From: a virus
Taxonomy: Duplodnaviria; Caudoviricetes
IMG/VR virus record: IMGVR_UViG_3300025671_000186
Span: 1 to 37,611 of that record
Strand: one strand, 5' to 3'
DNA: 37,611 bases
Both the position numbers and the translations under genes were made by a program. This document shows, piece after piece, positions 18,523 through 28,091 of the stretch; positions within the stretch are counted from its first letter, which is position 1, and each line of letters begins with the position of its first letter. The notes under the pieces were generated by a model. It was not told where the DNA came from. It searched no databases and worked only from the letters and a program-made list of their open reading frames with translations.

Positions 18523-20483
18523 TAATTGCTCCCGATAATAAGTTTCTTGGTTTCTTCAGTGTAGTAATCCCAGTCAACATCATTCCAATCAAAATCAGAA
18601 GCTACATTACACTGTTTTACTTTACGACCAGATTGAATAGATGTTTCTCTTGTAGTGTACTTACTCTTGTTCCCTGTATGAACGCGAGCATCCCAAACAT
18701 CTTTACCAATTTCCTTCATTACCTCATTGAAATATTCATCTTTTAATTTATTCTTTCTTTTGTATTGACCTTCTTCACCTTTAGGGGGTGAAATCTTTTT
18801 CATAGGTTGTCCCGCTATCGATACATAATATCTACAGGTCTTTTGTTGTTGTTCATCGCCTATAAATAATTTACTGCCACCAGGCGTTTTGTAACGTAAC
18901 ATGAAATCAAACGGATCGGTGATAAGCCTTATTGCAACTTCTACCGGCCAAGACTCGGTATGAACTTTCTCAACAGCTTTCTTACTTGCTAAATTTGAAT
19001 AATCTTTGTTCCAAAAACCATCGTAGTCTTCAATACATGTTGGGTACTGATAAGCTCCTTTACGTTTTAGCTTACCGTCCATTGTCTCGGCCATGTAATT
19101 GTTAACGTCACGAATCCACATACGAGAGTAATCGACACGTTCTAATTCAAGACCTGTCATGTTCTCCCACTCTTTACACCATATCTCAAATAACCAAATA
19201 TACTCTTTATTGATACGTATTGTGATACCGTCAGTATTCCCTTGGATCAACTCACAGTCAGGTAACAAGTCCATCATTTCTACCAATTGAAGAATCTGAA
19301 GTTGACCATTACAAGTAATCTGCAACATAGTCTTTGGATCATAGAGCGGTGAATAGGTGTTATTGAAGTTACCATACGCACCGTTACCTGCGAGCTTTAA
19401 AGCTTTGTTACGACTTGTTCCCTTTGCATATTGACCTCTATCCTTCTTAACTTGCGCATAGGCCATTGTAAAAGACTCACCAAGATGTTCAGGACCGAAA
19501 CCATTAGCAATAGCGACACTCGGATACATTGCAGCAACGTCAATATCAATGATTTGATGGGTTTCATCTGTATAAAATATTTTATTTTCTGCTGAAGCAT
19601 GTACACCACCTATACCAAAATGAAAACGTAAACCAGACAAGCTATGTTCTATAGCAGGTTTCTCGCTTGAACCAAAATATACAACTTGTCTTTTAAACCA
19701 TGTCAAAACTTTTTCAAATATTTCAGTTCTAAAATAAATCTTCGGTAAAATAATATCTTTCAACTCAACGACAGTTCTGATCGACTGTCTAGGTTTTCCA
19801 CCAGCGTAACACTTGTCTTTACCGATTCTATTAATAAGATAAGACGTACCAATTTTTACGTCTGAATAATTTAAAACATCACCTTTTAAAATACCATCGT
19901 CCACGTACTCTCTTCTAAGATCGATGTGATGTTTGTTATACAAGAAAAACTTTTCAGTCTCTATAACATCGTGAACGTTGTATTCACGAAGATGATCTTT
20001 CTCTTGGTCATTGAGTGATCTTATATCATACGGTAAGTCTTGTAACGAATCGGATCGCATGGCAAACTGTAACGCTTTTAACGATGTTGCTTTCATCTTG
20101 TTATCAAAGTGACAAACTTTCATAATATCAATTTGCGGTATAATACGATTGTAGACACCTATGTTCTTAACTCTCGCTCCATAACTCTGAGACTTAATAA
20201 TTCTATTAGCGATTTCACTAGCTCTTTGAAATGTGAAAGGGTGCGAATTAACTAAAAAATCGTGAAGAATATTGTAATCGAAACCAACATTATTATAACC
20301 AACCATTTCAATGTTGAGATTTTTTAAGTAACCAAGGAAATTAAAAAGCTCTGTCTTTTGATTAACTCTATCTGAAATCTCATACAATTGTACGTCTGTT
20401 GAATTTGTAAACTTCCCACAAAACGTAAAAATGTTAGGAAAGGTTTCTAAGTCATAAGTATAATATTGTCGTTCCATCACCAC
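18522..20483 (-). CDS. DNA polymerase family B with 3'-5' exonuclease
   Basis: Exo motifs YDLET, GYNNVGFD and YNVHDV; polymerase motifs DVAAMYP, KLAGNGAYG and NTDG. Confidence 0.93.
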   Translation of the reverse strand: MVMERQYYTYDLETFPNIFTFCGKFTNSTDVQLYEISDRVNQKTELFNFLGYLKNLNIEMVGYNNVGFDYNILHDFLVNSHPFTFQRASEIANRIIKSQSYGARVKNIGVYNRIIPQIDIMKVCHFDNKMKATSLKALQFAMRSDSLQDLPYDIRSLNDQEKDHLREYNVHDVIETEKFFLYNKHHIDLRREYVDDGILKGDVLNYSDVKIGTSYLINRIGKDKCYAGGKPRQSIRTVVELKDIILPKIYFRTEIFEKVLTWFKRQVVYFGSSEKPAIEHSLSGLRFHFGIGGVHASAENKIFYTDETHQIIDIDVAAMYPSVAIANGFGPEHLGESFTMAYAQVKKDRGQYAKGTSRNKALKLAGNGAYGNFNNTYSPLYDPKTMLQITCNGQLQILQLVEMMDLLPDCELIQGNTDGITIRINKEYIWLFEIWCKEWENMTGLELERVDYSRMWIRDVNNYMAETMDGKLKRKGAYQYPTCIEDYDGFWNKDYSNLASKKAVEKVHTESWPVEVAIRLITDPFDFMLRYKTPGGSKLFIGDEQQQKTCRYYVSIAGQPMKKISPPKGEEGQYKRKNKLKDEYFNEVMKEIGKDVWDARVHTGNKSKYTTRETSIQSGRKVKQCNVASDFDWNDVDWDYYTEETKKLIIGSN

Positions 20484-20489
20484 TTCTTT

Positions 20490-20547
20490 AAAAATGCCCC
20501 TCCCTCAATAACTGCTACATTACTCTTTCAAGGAGTGAGGGAGAGGC
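20490..20547 (-). promoter_or_regulatory. Long-loop stem plus U tract before the polymerase (attenuator or operator)
   Basis: On the - strand, GCCTCTCCCTCA...TGAGGGAGGGGC (12 bp, one G.U) then ATTTTT, about 12 nt before the start codon. Confidence 0.6.
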
Positions 20548-20577
20548 GATATTAAAACTCTGCGCCTAGAGTATTAA

Positions 20578-21564
20578 CTAAGGTGTAGGCATACCGTGTT
20601 GAGGTAAGGCTCCCGGTGCGCCCAGTTGAGGACCGCCAATCACATTCGCTTGTTGGAGGTTTGGATCAACTGCTGGCATTTGCGCACCAGGAGTGGGTGT
20701 GTGTGTCCCTGGTAATCCCTGTTGTGGTAATTGATTATTAGTTTGTGGAAGACCTTGTGCAGGTGCTTGACCTTGTTGTGGGTTCATGATGTGACCTGGC
20801 AATACGTTATAGTTCGGGTCAGCAGCGGGGAAACCTTGTGCAGGTGCTTGACCTTGTTGCGGTAGTCCCTGTTGTGGAAGACCTTGTGGTGGTAATGCTG
20901 CTGCACCAGGAGCTTGTACACCTGTATCAACTTCCATCTGCCCAGCGTAAGACGGTGCTGTATTACCGAAAACTTCATCACCTGAAGGAGCATTAATAAT
21001 CGCTTTACCAGCGGCAACAAGTTGAACGAATACAGGGTTAACGTAAAGACCTGCTTTACCTTGCCCTTTAGCAGGATGAGCTTTCACGTTAAGTTGAACA
21101 TTAACGTAGTCACCACACTTAATTCCTTGGTTCGTTAAAACGTTCTCGCCGTTTTGCCAAACGTAAAACTTTGGCGGGATACGAGTTGTACAAGCAATAA
21201 CAATATGGTTCTTGTAACCTTCTTTGTTGGCCAAGGGATTACCGTTCCTATCTACATCAACGTCACCATCTTTAATTTTAAGAGGGAAACCGTTAGGAAG
21301 TTGAGTAGCACCGTTAAAAAGTGTCATTGCCTCGTTATAAAGAGTTTGATAAGCGGTTGTGTACTGTTGAGTGTTTTGATTCGTTGCCGGATCAAGTTTA
21401 GGGATTGCCAACCCAAAACCGTATTCAACAACTGGTGTACCGTCAGCGTTAAACTCTGGTTGATTCGTTTGAAAATTCTTTTTTTGTTTGCCTTCAAATA
21501 GTGATCCACCAACCCAAACGATTCTACCTTGAGTTAATAGATTTGTTCCGTTTCCTTCAGACAT
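20578..21564 (-). CDS. ssDNA-binding protein (DUF2815 / T7 gp2.5-like) with a long P/Q/G-rich tail
   Basis: IKDGD, IKCGDYVNVQLN and GLYVNP..VQLV motifs; follows the DUF2800 gene. Confidence 0.75.
   Translation of the reverse strand: MSEGNGTNLLTQGRIVWVGGSLFEGKQKKNFQTNQPEFNADGTPVVEYGFGLAIPKLDPATNQNTQQYTTAYQTLYNEAMTLFNGATQLPNGFPLKIKDGDVDVDRNGNPLANKEGYKNHIVIACTTRIPPKFYVWQNGENVLTNQGIKCGDYVNVQLNVKAHPAKGQGKAGLYVNPVFVQLVAAGKAIINAPSGDEVFGNTAPSYAGQMEVDTGVQAPGAAALPPQGLPQQGLPQQGQAPAQGFPAADPNYNVLPGHIMNPQQGQAPAQGLPQTNNQLPQQGLPGTHTPTPGAQMPAVDPNLQQANVIGGPQLGAPGALPQHGMPTP
20752..20859. repeat. 27-bp exact direct repeat inside the SSB tail
   Basis: ACCTTGTGCAGGTGCTTGACCTTGTTG at 20752 and 20833 (encodes QQGQAPAQG). 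Confidence 0.85.
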
Positions 21565-22669
21565 TTACTACCTCCATTTTTGGTTCTTCTTTTCCGAAAA
21601 CATTATCTGCTAATTCTTTTGCGCTTTTCTTCTCTAGCTTAACACCGATGAAATGTTTCTCTGCTAGTTGATTAATTAAATCTTTATGTACGCCAGCCTT
21701 TTGCGCCTTCCCTGGTGTCATAATAGTTCTTTCTGTAATGTCCTTTCCTGTCATTAACTTAATAGCTTCAGGAGTAACACCACTTTTCCATTTCCGATTA
21801 CTAAACCTTTGCGTTTGAACATAACCAGGAATGATACCGCCTTGCTTGATTCTCATTGTTGCTAATTCAACCAAGGAGTCTTGTTTAATTTTTAAAACTT
21901 CTTCAGCACGTTTAATGTGATCAAGTTGTTTCGACAATTCATCGTTGTTAATCGAGTCTTGATGGAAGTCAGTTGAAACTTCTAAAGCACGATGAAACAA
22001 ACGATTAAAAGCGGGGCAAGCTTCAGCAGCACCGGGGCAATACTTACAATGTTTAGAGGTTGTTAACTCTTTATTACCGTTAACAATCTCATTCATTCTA
22101 TCTTCAATTTGTTTTTTGTAATCACACAATTGTTGATAAGTAATCACCCATGTACGACTTGAACCGTCTTCATGATGCGCCCTTGGTTGATGTATCGTCA
22201 ATGAAATTTTATCGAACGCTCGCCCTCGTCTTATGACTTCCCCAATAGCATAACCGATAAGCTGCCAATTCTCTTCAACTTCAACAATACCAAAACCATA
22301 TTTCAAATCTTCAACACAAAGAGTACCTTCATGATCAACGAAAGAAACATCTGGTCTTCCCTTAATCCAAACACCAACTTGAGTTTGCCAATTGATCTTC
22401 ACTTCACAGAGAATTGCTGAATCTACAGCGTTTCTCGACATAACATCTTGTACAATTGGATCGATGTAAAACTTCATGTCGTCATCGATGTGAACTCCAT
22501 TGTTGGCGATAACAGGTATCTCTTCACCAAGTAACTTCTTTTCAAAATATTCACCCGCTGCTGTTCCTTCTTTGTTGAATACAGTATCCGTATCGACTTC
22601 AGGAAATTGCAAGTGCATGAAACCAGCGCACACCATTGGTCGTGCTAGTTTTGAACATGATATTTTCAT
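21557..22669 (-). CDS. DUF2800 Cas4-like PD-(D/E)XK exonuclease
   Basis: EGTAA, GRPD, DLKYG.G, QLIGYA, QPR and HCKYCP....CP motifs. Confidence 0.88.
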   Translation of the reverse strand: MKISCSKLARPMVCAGFMHLQFPEVDTDTVFNKEGTAAGEYFEKKLLGEEIPVIANNGVHIDDDMKFYIDPIVQDVMSRNAVDSAILCEVKINWQTQVGVWIKGRPDVSFVDHEGTLCVEDLKYGFGIVEVEENWQLIGYAIGEVIRRGRAFDKISLTIHQPRAHHEDGSSRTWVITYQQLCDYKKQIEDRMNEIVNGNKELTTSKHCKYCPGAAEACPAFNRLFHRALEVSTDFHQDSINNDELSKQLDHIKRAEEVLKIKQDSLVELATMRIKQGGIIPGYVQTQRFSNRKWKSGVTPEAIKLMTGKDITERTIMTPGKAQKAGVHKDLINQLAEKHFIGVKLEKKSAKELADNVFGKEEPKMEVVNV

Positions 22670-23325
22670 TATTGAACCTTAGTGATAATCCCTCTAGTCG
22701 TCCAATCATCAAAAAGAACTTGTTTACTCTCATTAGTGATTGACCAAATCTCTTCAACTTTAAAATACGTTTTAAGTTCGTTGATATAAGATTGTTGAAG
22801 TTTGTTCGCGCTGATTAACTGTGCAACGACCATGGGAAATTGATTCGTGAATGTATCAAGTGTATGAGCGTTCGCCACAGGCATTGAAGGTGATGGTGGT
22901 GCGGCGGTTGTTGGTACAGGTTCAGTTGTTCCATTTACTACATTACCATTCAACAACTCAGCTTTGACTTGATTAAATAAATCTTTATCAACACCTTTTC
23001 TTTTCTTCCAAACACCTTTAGTAGTTTGAGTTTTAGAACTTGCGTGAATCCTTTTATCCCACGGTAAACCTTCAGCATCTACTTCTTCTGTTGTTGAACT
23101 TTCTACAGTTTCAGGAGCTTTGAATTGTCCCGCTGGTGTTGTATCCAATTCTAATTTAATTTCATCTGCTTTAGGGTTTTCAAAAACATCTTCACCTTGA
23201 GGCGTTGTTAAAGCGGGAGCAGGTGCCTCACCTAGAAACCCATCGAGTTCGTTTTTAAGACTCGATACTTTACGTGCTAACGCGGGTAATGTGTCGGCCT
23301 TTAGTGTAATAGTATGTACACTCAT
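22669..23325 (-). CDS. Conserved phage replication-module protein of unknown function
   Basis: DAEGLPWDKRIHASSK...GVWKKRKGVD core flanked by P/A/T-rich linkers; strong RBS. Confidence 0.75.
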   Translation of the reverse strand: MSVHTITLKADTLPALARKVSSLKNELDGFLGEAPAPALTTPQGEDVFENPKADEIKLELDTTPAGQFKAPETVESSTTEEVDAEGLPWDKRIHASSKTQTTKGVWKKRKGVDKDLFNQVKAELLNGNVVNGTTEPVPTTAAPPSPSMPVANAHTLDTFTNQFPMVVAQLISANKLQQSYINELKTYFKVEEIWSITNESKQVLFDDWTTRGIITKVQ

Positions 23326-23412
23326 TTTCAGTCTCCTTTAGAAAAAATCTCAGTATTAAATAAATAAATAAACGCTTGCCAATCGTCAAGAAAATATTTC
23401 ATAGTGATCAAT
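23326..23412. promoter_or_regulatory. Divergent promoter region of the replication module
   Basis: Overlapping opposite -35 boxes in CTTGCCAATCGTCAAG (TTGCCA on +, TTGACG on -) at 23375-23390, next to AT-rich TAAA repeats. Confidence 0.55.
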
Positions 23413-25074
23413 ATGATCAACCTTAGACCTTACCAAGAGAATCTGAAAACAGATATTTATAATGCCTGGGACGCTGGTTATAAAAATGTTATGGCACGTA
23501 GCGCAACGGGGTCTGGTAAAACTATCCTCATGTGCGCAATCGTTAAAGAGTGTTTAGAGCAAAACATTTCAACAGCTATGATTGTTCATCGTAAAGAACT
23601 CGTTCAACAAATCTCATTAACTCTAGCTAAGTTCGATATAAAACATAATATTATAGCTTCAAGAAAAGATGTTAGAGGTATTATCGCCGCTCAACGTAGA
23701 CTTTACGGTAGGCAATTTTACGATCCTGATTCCTTGGTGACTGTAATATCTGTTGACACCTTAATAGCTCGTTACGATTTATATAAGAATTGGGCGAAAG
23801 GTGTTAACCAATGGTTCATTGATGAAGCCGCTCACGTTTTAAAAGAAAACAAATGGGGTAAAGCCGCTGCGTATTTTGAAAACGCTAGAGGACTTGGTGT
23901 AACTGCAACACCTGAAAGACTTGATCGTAAAGGTTTAGGTTCACATGCAGATGGTGTATTCGATACAATGGTTGAAGGACCGCCTATAAGATGGTTTATC
24001 GACAATGGTTATCTTAGTAAATATAAAATCGTCATACCTCGATCCGATTATAAAAACTTTTTAAAAGAAGCTTCAGACAAATCAGACTTCTCAAAACAAG
24101 CAATGAAACAAGCTTCAAAGAAATCGCAAATTGTCGGTGACGTTGTTGAAAATTATTTAAAATTTGCCAAGGGTAAGCAGACAATAGTTTTTACTACCGA
24201 CATTGAGACAGCTAAAGACATGCAAGCTAAATTTATAGAAGCTGGCATACCCGCTAAAGAGTTAAACGGTACTACTAACGACAGGGAAAGATTAGAAGGG
24301 ATATTAAAGTTTGAAGAGAAAAAAATAAAAGTTTTAATCAATGTTGACCTCTTTGACGAAGGCCTGGACGTTCCCGGTATTGAGTGCGTTTCAATGTGTA
24401 GACCTACTAAGAGTTTGGGTAAGGTTCTCCAAATGCAGGGACGCGGGTTAAGAGTAGCTGAAGGTAAAGATCACCTTATAATCATTGATCACGTAGGTAA
24501 TATAGCAGGTCCGAACGGTCACGGTCTACCTTGCAAAAAAAGAGAATGGACCCTTGATAGAATTAAAAAGACCGGGCAGAAAATAAACTTCCTTCGTATC
24601 TGTTCAGACGTTATGTGCAACTCACCTTATGATAGAGCGTTAACCGAGTGTCCCTGGTGTGGAACAGAAGCACTAAAATCTTCACGCACCAATGGTCCAA
24701 GTGAGAGAGTGTTACCAGAACAAGTAGATGGTGATTTGTTTTTAATCGACCCTGAAACATTGAGGGAAATTGAGGAAGGTGCTGTACTTGAAAGTCCCGC
24801 TCACATGGCAGAAAGGGTAGGACATGCGGCGGGTGCGGGGGCAGCGTTACGGGCCATGAAAAATCAAAACGACAGAATAGAAACTCAAGGCAAGTTAGGT
24901 GAAGCAATCGCTAAAGCTGCTGGTGTCCTTAAAACTCATTACGGTTATAGCGATAGATCAATACATAAAAAGTTTTATATTTGTTTTGGTATGACGATAA
25001 CCGAAGCGTTGGGTGAAAAGAAAGTTGACATGGAAAAGTTAATAGTGAAGTTAGAAAACAACGAGATGTTATGA
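23413..25074 (+). CDS. Superfamily 2 (DEAD/ResIII-like) helicase with a C-terminal zinc ribbon
   Basis: LRPYQ, ATGSGKT, IDEAAH, TATP, EGLDVP, QMQGRGLR and C..C/CPWC motifs. Confidence 0.93.
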   Translation: MINLRPYQENLKTDIYNAWDAGYKNVMARSATGSGKTILMCAIVKECLEQNISTAMIVHRKELVQQISLTLAKFDIKHNIIASRKDVRGIIAAQRRLYGRQFYDPDSLVTVISVDTLIARYDLYKNWAKGVNQWFIDEAAHVLKENKWGKAAAYFENARGLGVTATPERLDRKGLGSHADGVFDTMVEGPPIRWFIDNGYLSKYKIVIPRSDYKNFLKEASDKSDFSKQAMKQASKKSQIVGDVVENYLKFAKGKQTIVFTTDIETAKDMQAKFIEAGIPAKELNGTTNDRERLEGILKFEEKKIKVLINVDLFDEGLDVPGIECVSMCRPTKSLGKVLQMQGRGLRVAEGKDHLIIIDHVGNIAGPNGHGLPCKKREWTLDRIKKTGQKINFLRICSDVMCNSPYDRALTECPWCGTEALKSSRTNGPSERVLPEQVDGDLFLIDPETLREIEEGAVLESPAHMAERVGHAAGAGAALRAMKNQNDRIETQGKLGEAIAKAAGVLKTHYGYSDRSIHKKFYICFGMTITEALGEKKVDMEKLIVKLENNEML

Positions 25075-25154
25075 AAGAAAAATGGAAAAACATTAAAGGT
25101 TGCGAAGCTTACTACAATGCTTTTTTAACGTTGCACGGATACACACCATGGTAG
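25071..25154 (+). pseudogene. Possible NUMOD4 homing-endonuclease remnant, 27 aa
   Basis: MKEKWKNIKGCEAYY resembles the NUMOD4 start E.WK.I.GyEg.Y, then stops early; ATGA overlap with the helicase. Confidence 0.45.
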
Positions 25155-25216
25155 ATCAAATAACACTTGAAGCAATTATTGTAGCAGTAATAATATTTTT
25201 ATTCATAATCAAATAA
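25148..25216 (+). CDS. Possible 22-aa hydrophobic peptide
   Basis: MVDQITLEAIIVAVIIFLFIIK*; fills the gap exactly up to the next RBS. Confidence 0.35.
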   Translation: MVDQITLEAIIVAVIIFLFIIK

Positions 25217-25227
25217 GGAGACTTAAA

Positions 25228-25626
25228 ATGACCAAAGCGTTAGACAAACAAGTAGGTGGAAACCACTACAAGAATTTTAAATTTCAACCAGCGGAGTTTA
25301 TCATCGCCAACAACCTTGGCTTTTGTGAAGGTAATGCGATCAAATACATCTGTCGTTACAAACTTAAAAACGGTGTTGAAGATTTAAAGAAAGCGAAACA
25401 TTACATTGAGATGTTGATTGAGGAAGAAGAAGGTGTCAAAGTCCCTGGTAGATCACTCTATGATGGTGACTGTCTACCAAAGCTACCGAAGATACCTTCA
25501 CCGTCAGTACCAGAAAAACAGATTAACGAAAAATTAAAAAAGATTAGAGAAGACCTTCAAAAACAACATTCGCAAGCTTTAGAAAAAGAATTTGCTAAAG
25601 AACTTAATCCGAGTCTACATGTATGA
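25228..25626 (+). CDS. DUF3310 protein (T7 gp1.7-like nucleotide kinase family)
   Basis: QVGGNHY, FCEGNAIKY..R...KNG.EDLKKA..Y motifs. Confidence 0.88.
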   Translation: MTKALDKQVGGNHYKNFKFQPAEFIIANNLGFCEGNAIKYICRYKLKNGVEDLKKAKHYIEMLIEEEEGVKVPGRSLYDGDCLPKLPKIPSPSVPEKQINEKLKKIREDLQKQHSQALEKEFAKELNPSLHV

Positions 25627-26015
25627 AAGATGAATCAACAGTACAGCAGGAAGCGCAACTTTACGCTCGTTCCAAAGATTGTTTTTTAATGAGAAATAAT
25701 TGCGGGGCCTTCAAAGACGAAACAGGTCGTATGGTCCGTTACGGTCTTGGAAACATTTCTAAACAACACCAAGAAAACTCAGCTTCTAGCGACCTTATCG
25801 GTTTCACTCGTATACTTATTACCCCTGACATGGTTGGTAAAACCTTAGCGGTTTTCACCGCTGCTGAATGTAAAAAAGAAGCTTGGAACCCTGATAAAAA
25901 ATTTGACAAACGAGAAAGAGCGCAACTTAACTTCATTAATTGGGTGGTTATGAATGGAGGCTACGCAGGATTTATTAATTCTGTTGACAGTTTCGGTAAT
26001 ATTCTACCAAAATAA
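25623..26015 (+). CDS. VRR-NUC domain nuclease
   Basis: E..VQ, RNNCGA, SSDLIG, AECK and Q.NFI..V...GG.AG motifs. Confidence 0.88.
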   Translation: MKDESTVQQEAQLYARSKDCFLMRNNCGAFKDETGRMVRYGLGNISKQHQENSASSDLIGFTRILITPDMVGKTLAVFTAAECKKEAWNPDKKFDKRERAQLNFINWVVMNGGYAGFINSVDSFGNILPK

Positions 26016-26021
26016 ACTTCT

Positions 26022-26103
26022 ACCTAGTGGATAGATTTTCCTGATCCGTCAATTGAAAGAGTGAATTAAGTCTCCACTTTTCCACTAGGTTTCTAAGAGA
26101 CTT
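26022..26103 (+). promoter_or_regulatory. Structured leader before the primase gene
   Basis: Perfect 10-bp inverted repeat ACCTAGTGGA (26022-31) / TCCACTAGGT (26081-90). A second pairing AAGTCTC (26068-74) / GAGACTT (26097-103) crosses it. Confidence 0.55.
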
Positions 26104-26150
26104 TTAATGAGGCTTAAAAACAATATGAAATTAAACCAGGATAAAACACT

Positions 26151-28091
26151 TTGAGCATTTGGAAGTTCTTTCCAGCTACTCTCACGCCCGATGGACGTAA
26201 AGTACCAGTCAAGGGTTTTAAATGGCGCGAAGATTGTTCAAGCGACCAAGGCGTTATTAATTCTTGGTCAACTCAATACCCTCAACTAAAATTCTACGGA
26301 CTCCCGACTGGCCCTGATAACGACCTGCTCGTTCTCGACGTTGATGTTAAAAGTGGCGGTCTTGAAACAATTAAAAAATACAATATCCCAATTACAATGA
26401 GTCAACGAACTCGTTCAGGTGGTGTTCATTATTTTTTCAAATATCCTAAAGATGGAAAACGATATGGGAACCGCGCTGGTTTCGATCAAGGTTTAGATAT
26501 TCGTGGGGCAGATGGGTATGTAATTTTTTATGGCGTTGATAACACTCCAATTTGTGAAGCTCCTGATTGGTTTAAATCCCACGCCCTAGCGGTTGAAAAA
26601 GAAGCTGTCAATCTAGAAGATGTGGTTAAAATCGACCCGGAAATTGTCAAGCAAAAATTAGATGAATCGTGTGAAAATATACGCAACGCTCCCGAAGGAG
26701 AATCTAACAACGTTCTCAACACTGAAGCATATAAAATAGGCCAATTAGTAACGAGCGGAAGCGTTGATCGTGAACATGCTTATAACGAGTTATTTAACGC
26801 TGCTAAAGAGCGCGGTAAACCAGATCAAGAAGCAAGGGCAACAATTGAATCAGGACTTAAAGGTGGTGCCTCAAACCCTGTTATAAGTCCCTTCGGTAAT
26901 CGACAACCTGAACTACTTGTTCCGACTTTTGAAGCAACGCCACCAGAACGTTGGACACCATCGTTTTTTACAACATACGATTTAATGAATTTCTCCAAAT
27001 TAAAAAGACCACAGATTTTTAAAGATTGGTCAACTCAAGATATTCACTTAACAACCGCCGATGGTGGTACAGGTAAAACAACATTGAAACTTTACGAGGC
27101 AGTATGTCTTGCTCTAGGTGAACCTTTCCTTGGCCATGAGTGTTTGTTAGAAGGTGGTGGTCGTACTCTATTTGTCACAGGTGAAGACACCGCTGAAAAA
27201 TTAGCGGCGATGATAGGTTCTATTTTAAAACAAATGGACATTCATAAAGATCGTGAGAAAGTAGCAAAAATAAAAAACAATATTCTAATTAAAAAAGATG
27301 AAGACCTTTGTTTAATCGATAAAGCTCGTAATGGTTTTATAACGTTAAACACCGAGGCGTATAGTAAAGTATGTGAAGCAATCGAAGATTTAAAACCCGA
27401 TATGATTGTATTTGATCCAATTGCTTCGTTTTGGGGAAGTGAAAGCGCACTTAACGACATGTCTAAAATCGTCGCGAAATTTATGGGACGTTTAGTTGTT
27501 AAAAGTAATGCGTGTGTTGAGATGATTAATCACATGGGTAAAGCTTCTTCATCTACCAAGGACATGACTCAATTTGCAGGTCGTGGTGGAACAGCGTTAC
27601 CTTCTCATTCAAGAGTGAGTCGCGTCCTTCGTCTTGTCGATCATGAAGAGTACAAACAGTTAACCGGAAACGACTTGACTGAGAACCAATCAGCAATGAT
27701 GTGCAACGTGAATAAGTTTTCAGATGGTAGTCCGCTTTTTAATGAACCGTTTTTAATTGTTAGAGAAGGTTTCTTATTTTCTAAAGTAACTGTCGTTGCT
27801 GAGAAGATTAAAGAAGAGTTAGACAAAGCGAGCGATACTGAAAGAGTTTTTGGTTATATTAAAACTCAACGAAACGCTGGACGATACCCAAATAAAGAAA
27901 TAATCACAGCACACTTCAACGCTCAAGCAGATAAGATAAGCAAAGAGAGAACGAATCAAGCTCTAGCACTTCTTTGTTATGAAGGACACATGGGCGAGAT
28001 GGTTAAAACGATACTTAACCCTGACATTGAGGCAGGTGGAAAAGTTTATATGATAACGGATATGGACGGTAAAGAGGTGAAAAATGCCTAA
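26151..28091 (+). CDS. Bifunctional primase-polymerase (AEP) fused to an AAA_25/RepA-like helicase
   Basis: LDVDVK, TRSGGVHYFF and DIRGADGYV motifs; Walker A DGGTGKT and Walker B IVFDP; TTG start. Confidence 0.9.
   Translation: MSIWKFFPATLTPDGRKVPVKGFKWREDCSSDQGVINSWSTQYPQLKFYGLPTGPDNDLLVLDVDVKSGGLETIKKYNIPITMSQRTRSGGVHYFFKYPKDGKRYGNRAGFDQGLDIRGADGYVIFYGVDNTPICEAPDWFKSHALAVEKEAVNLEDVVKIDPEIVKQKLDESCENIRNAPEGESNNVLNTEAYKIGQLVTSGSVDREHAYNELFNAAKERGKPDQEARATIESGLKGGASNPVISPFGNRQPELLVPTFEATPPERWTPSFFTTYDLMNFSKLKRPQIFKDWSTQDIHLTTADGGTGKTTLKLYEAVCLALGEPFLGHECLLEGGGRTLFVTGEDTAEKLAAMIGSILKQMDIHKDREKVAKIKNNILIKKDEDLCLIDKARNGFITLNTEAYSKVCEAIEDLKPDMIVFDPIASFWGSESALNDMSKIVAKFMGRLVVKSNACVEMINHMGKASSSTKDMTQFAGRGGTALPSHSRVSRVLRLVDHEEYKQLTGNDLTENQSAMMCNVNKFSDGSPLFNEPFLIVREGFLFSKVTVVAEKIKEELDKASDTERVFGYIKTQRNAGRYPNKEIITAHFNAQADKISKERTNQALALLCYEGHMGEMVKTILNPDIEAGGKVYMITDMDGKEVKNA

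Noticed and set aside
21557-22669. Cas4-like gene as evidence of CRISPR-Cas
   Set aside because: DUF2800 is a stand-alone phage replication nuclease; no other cas genes or array are present.
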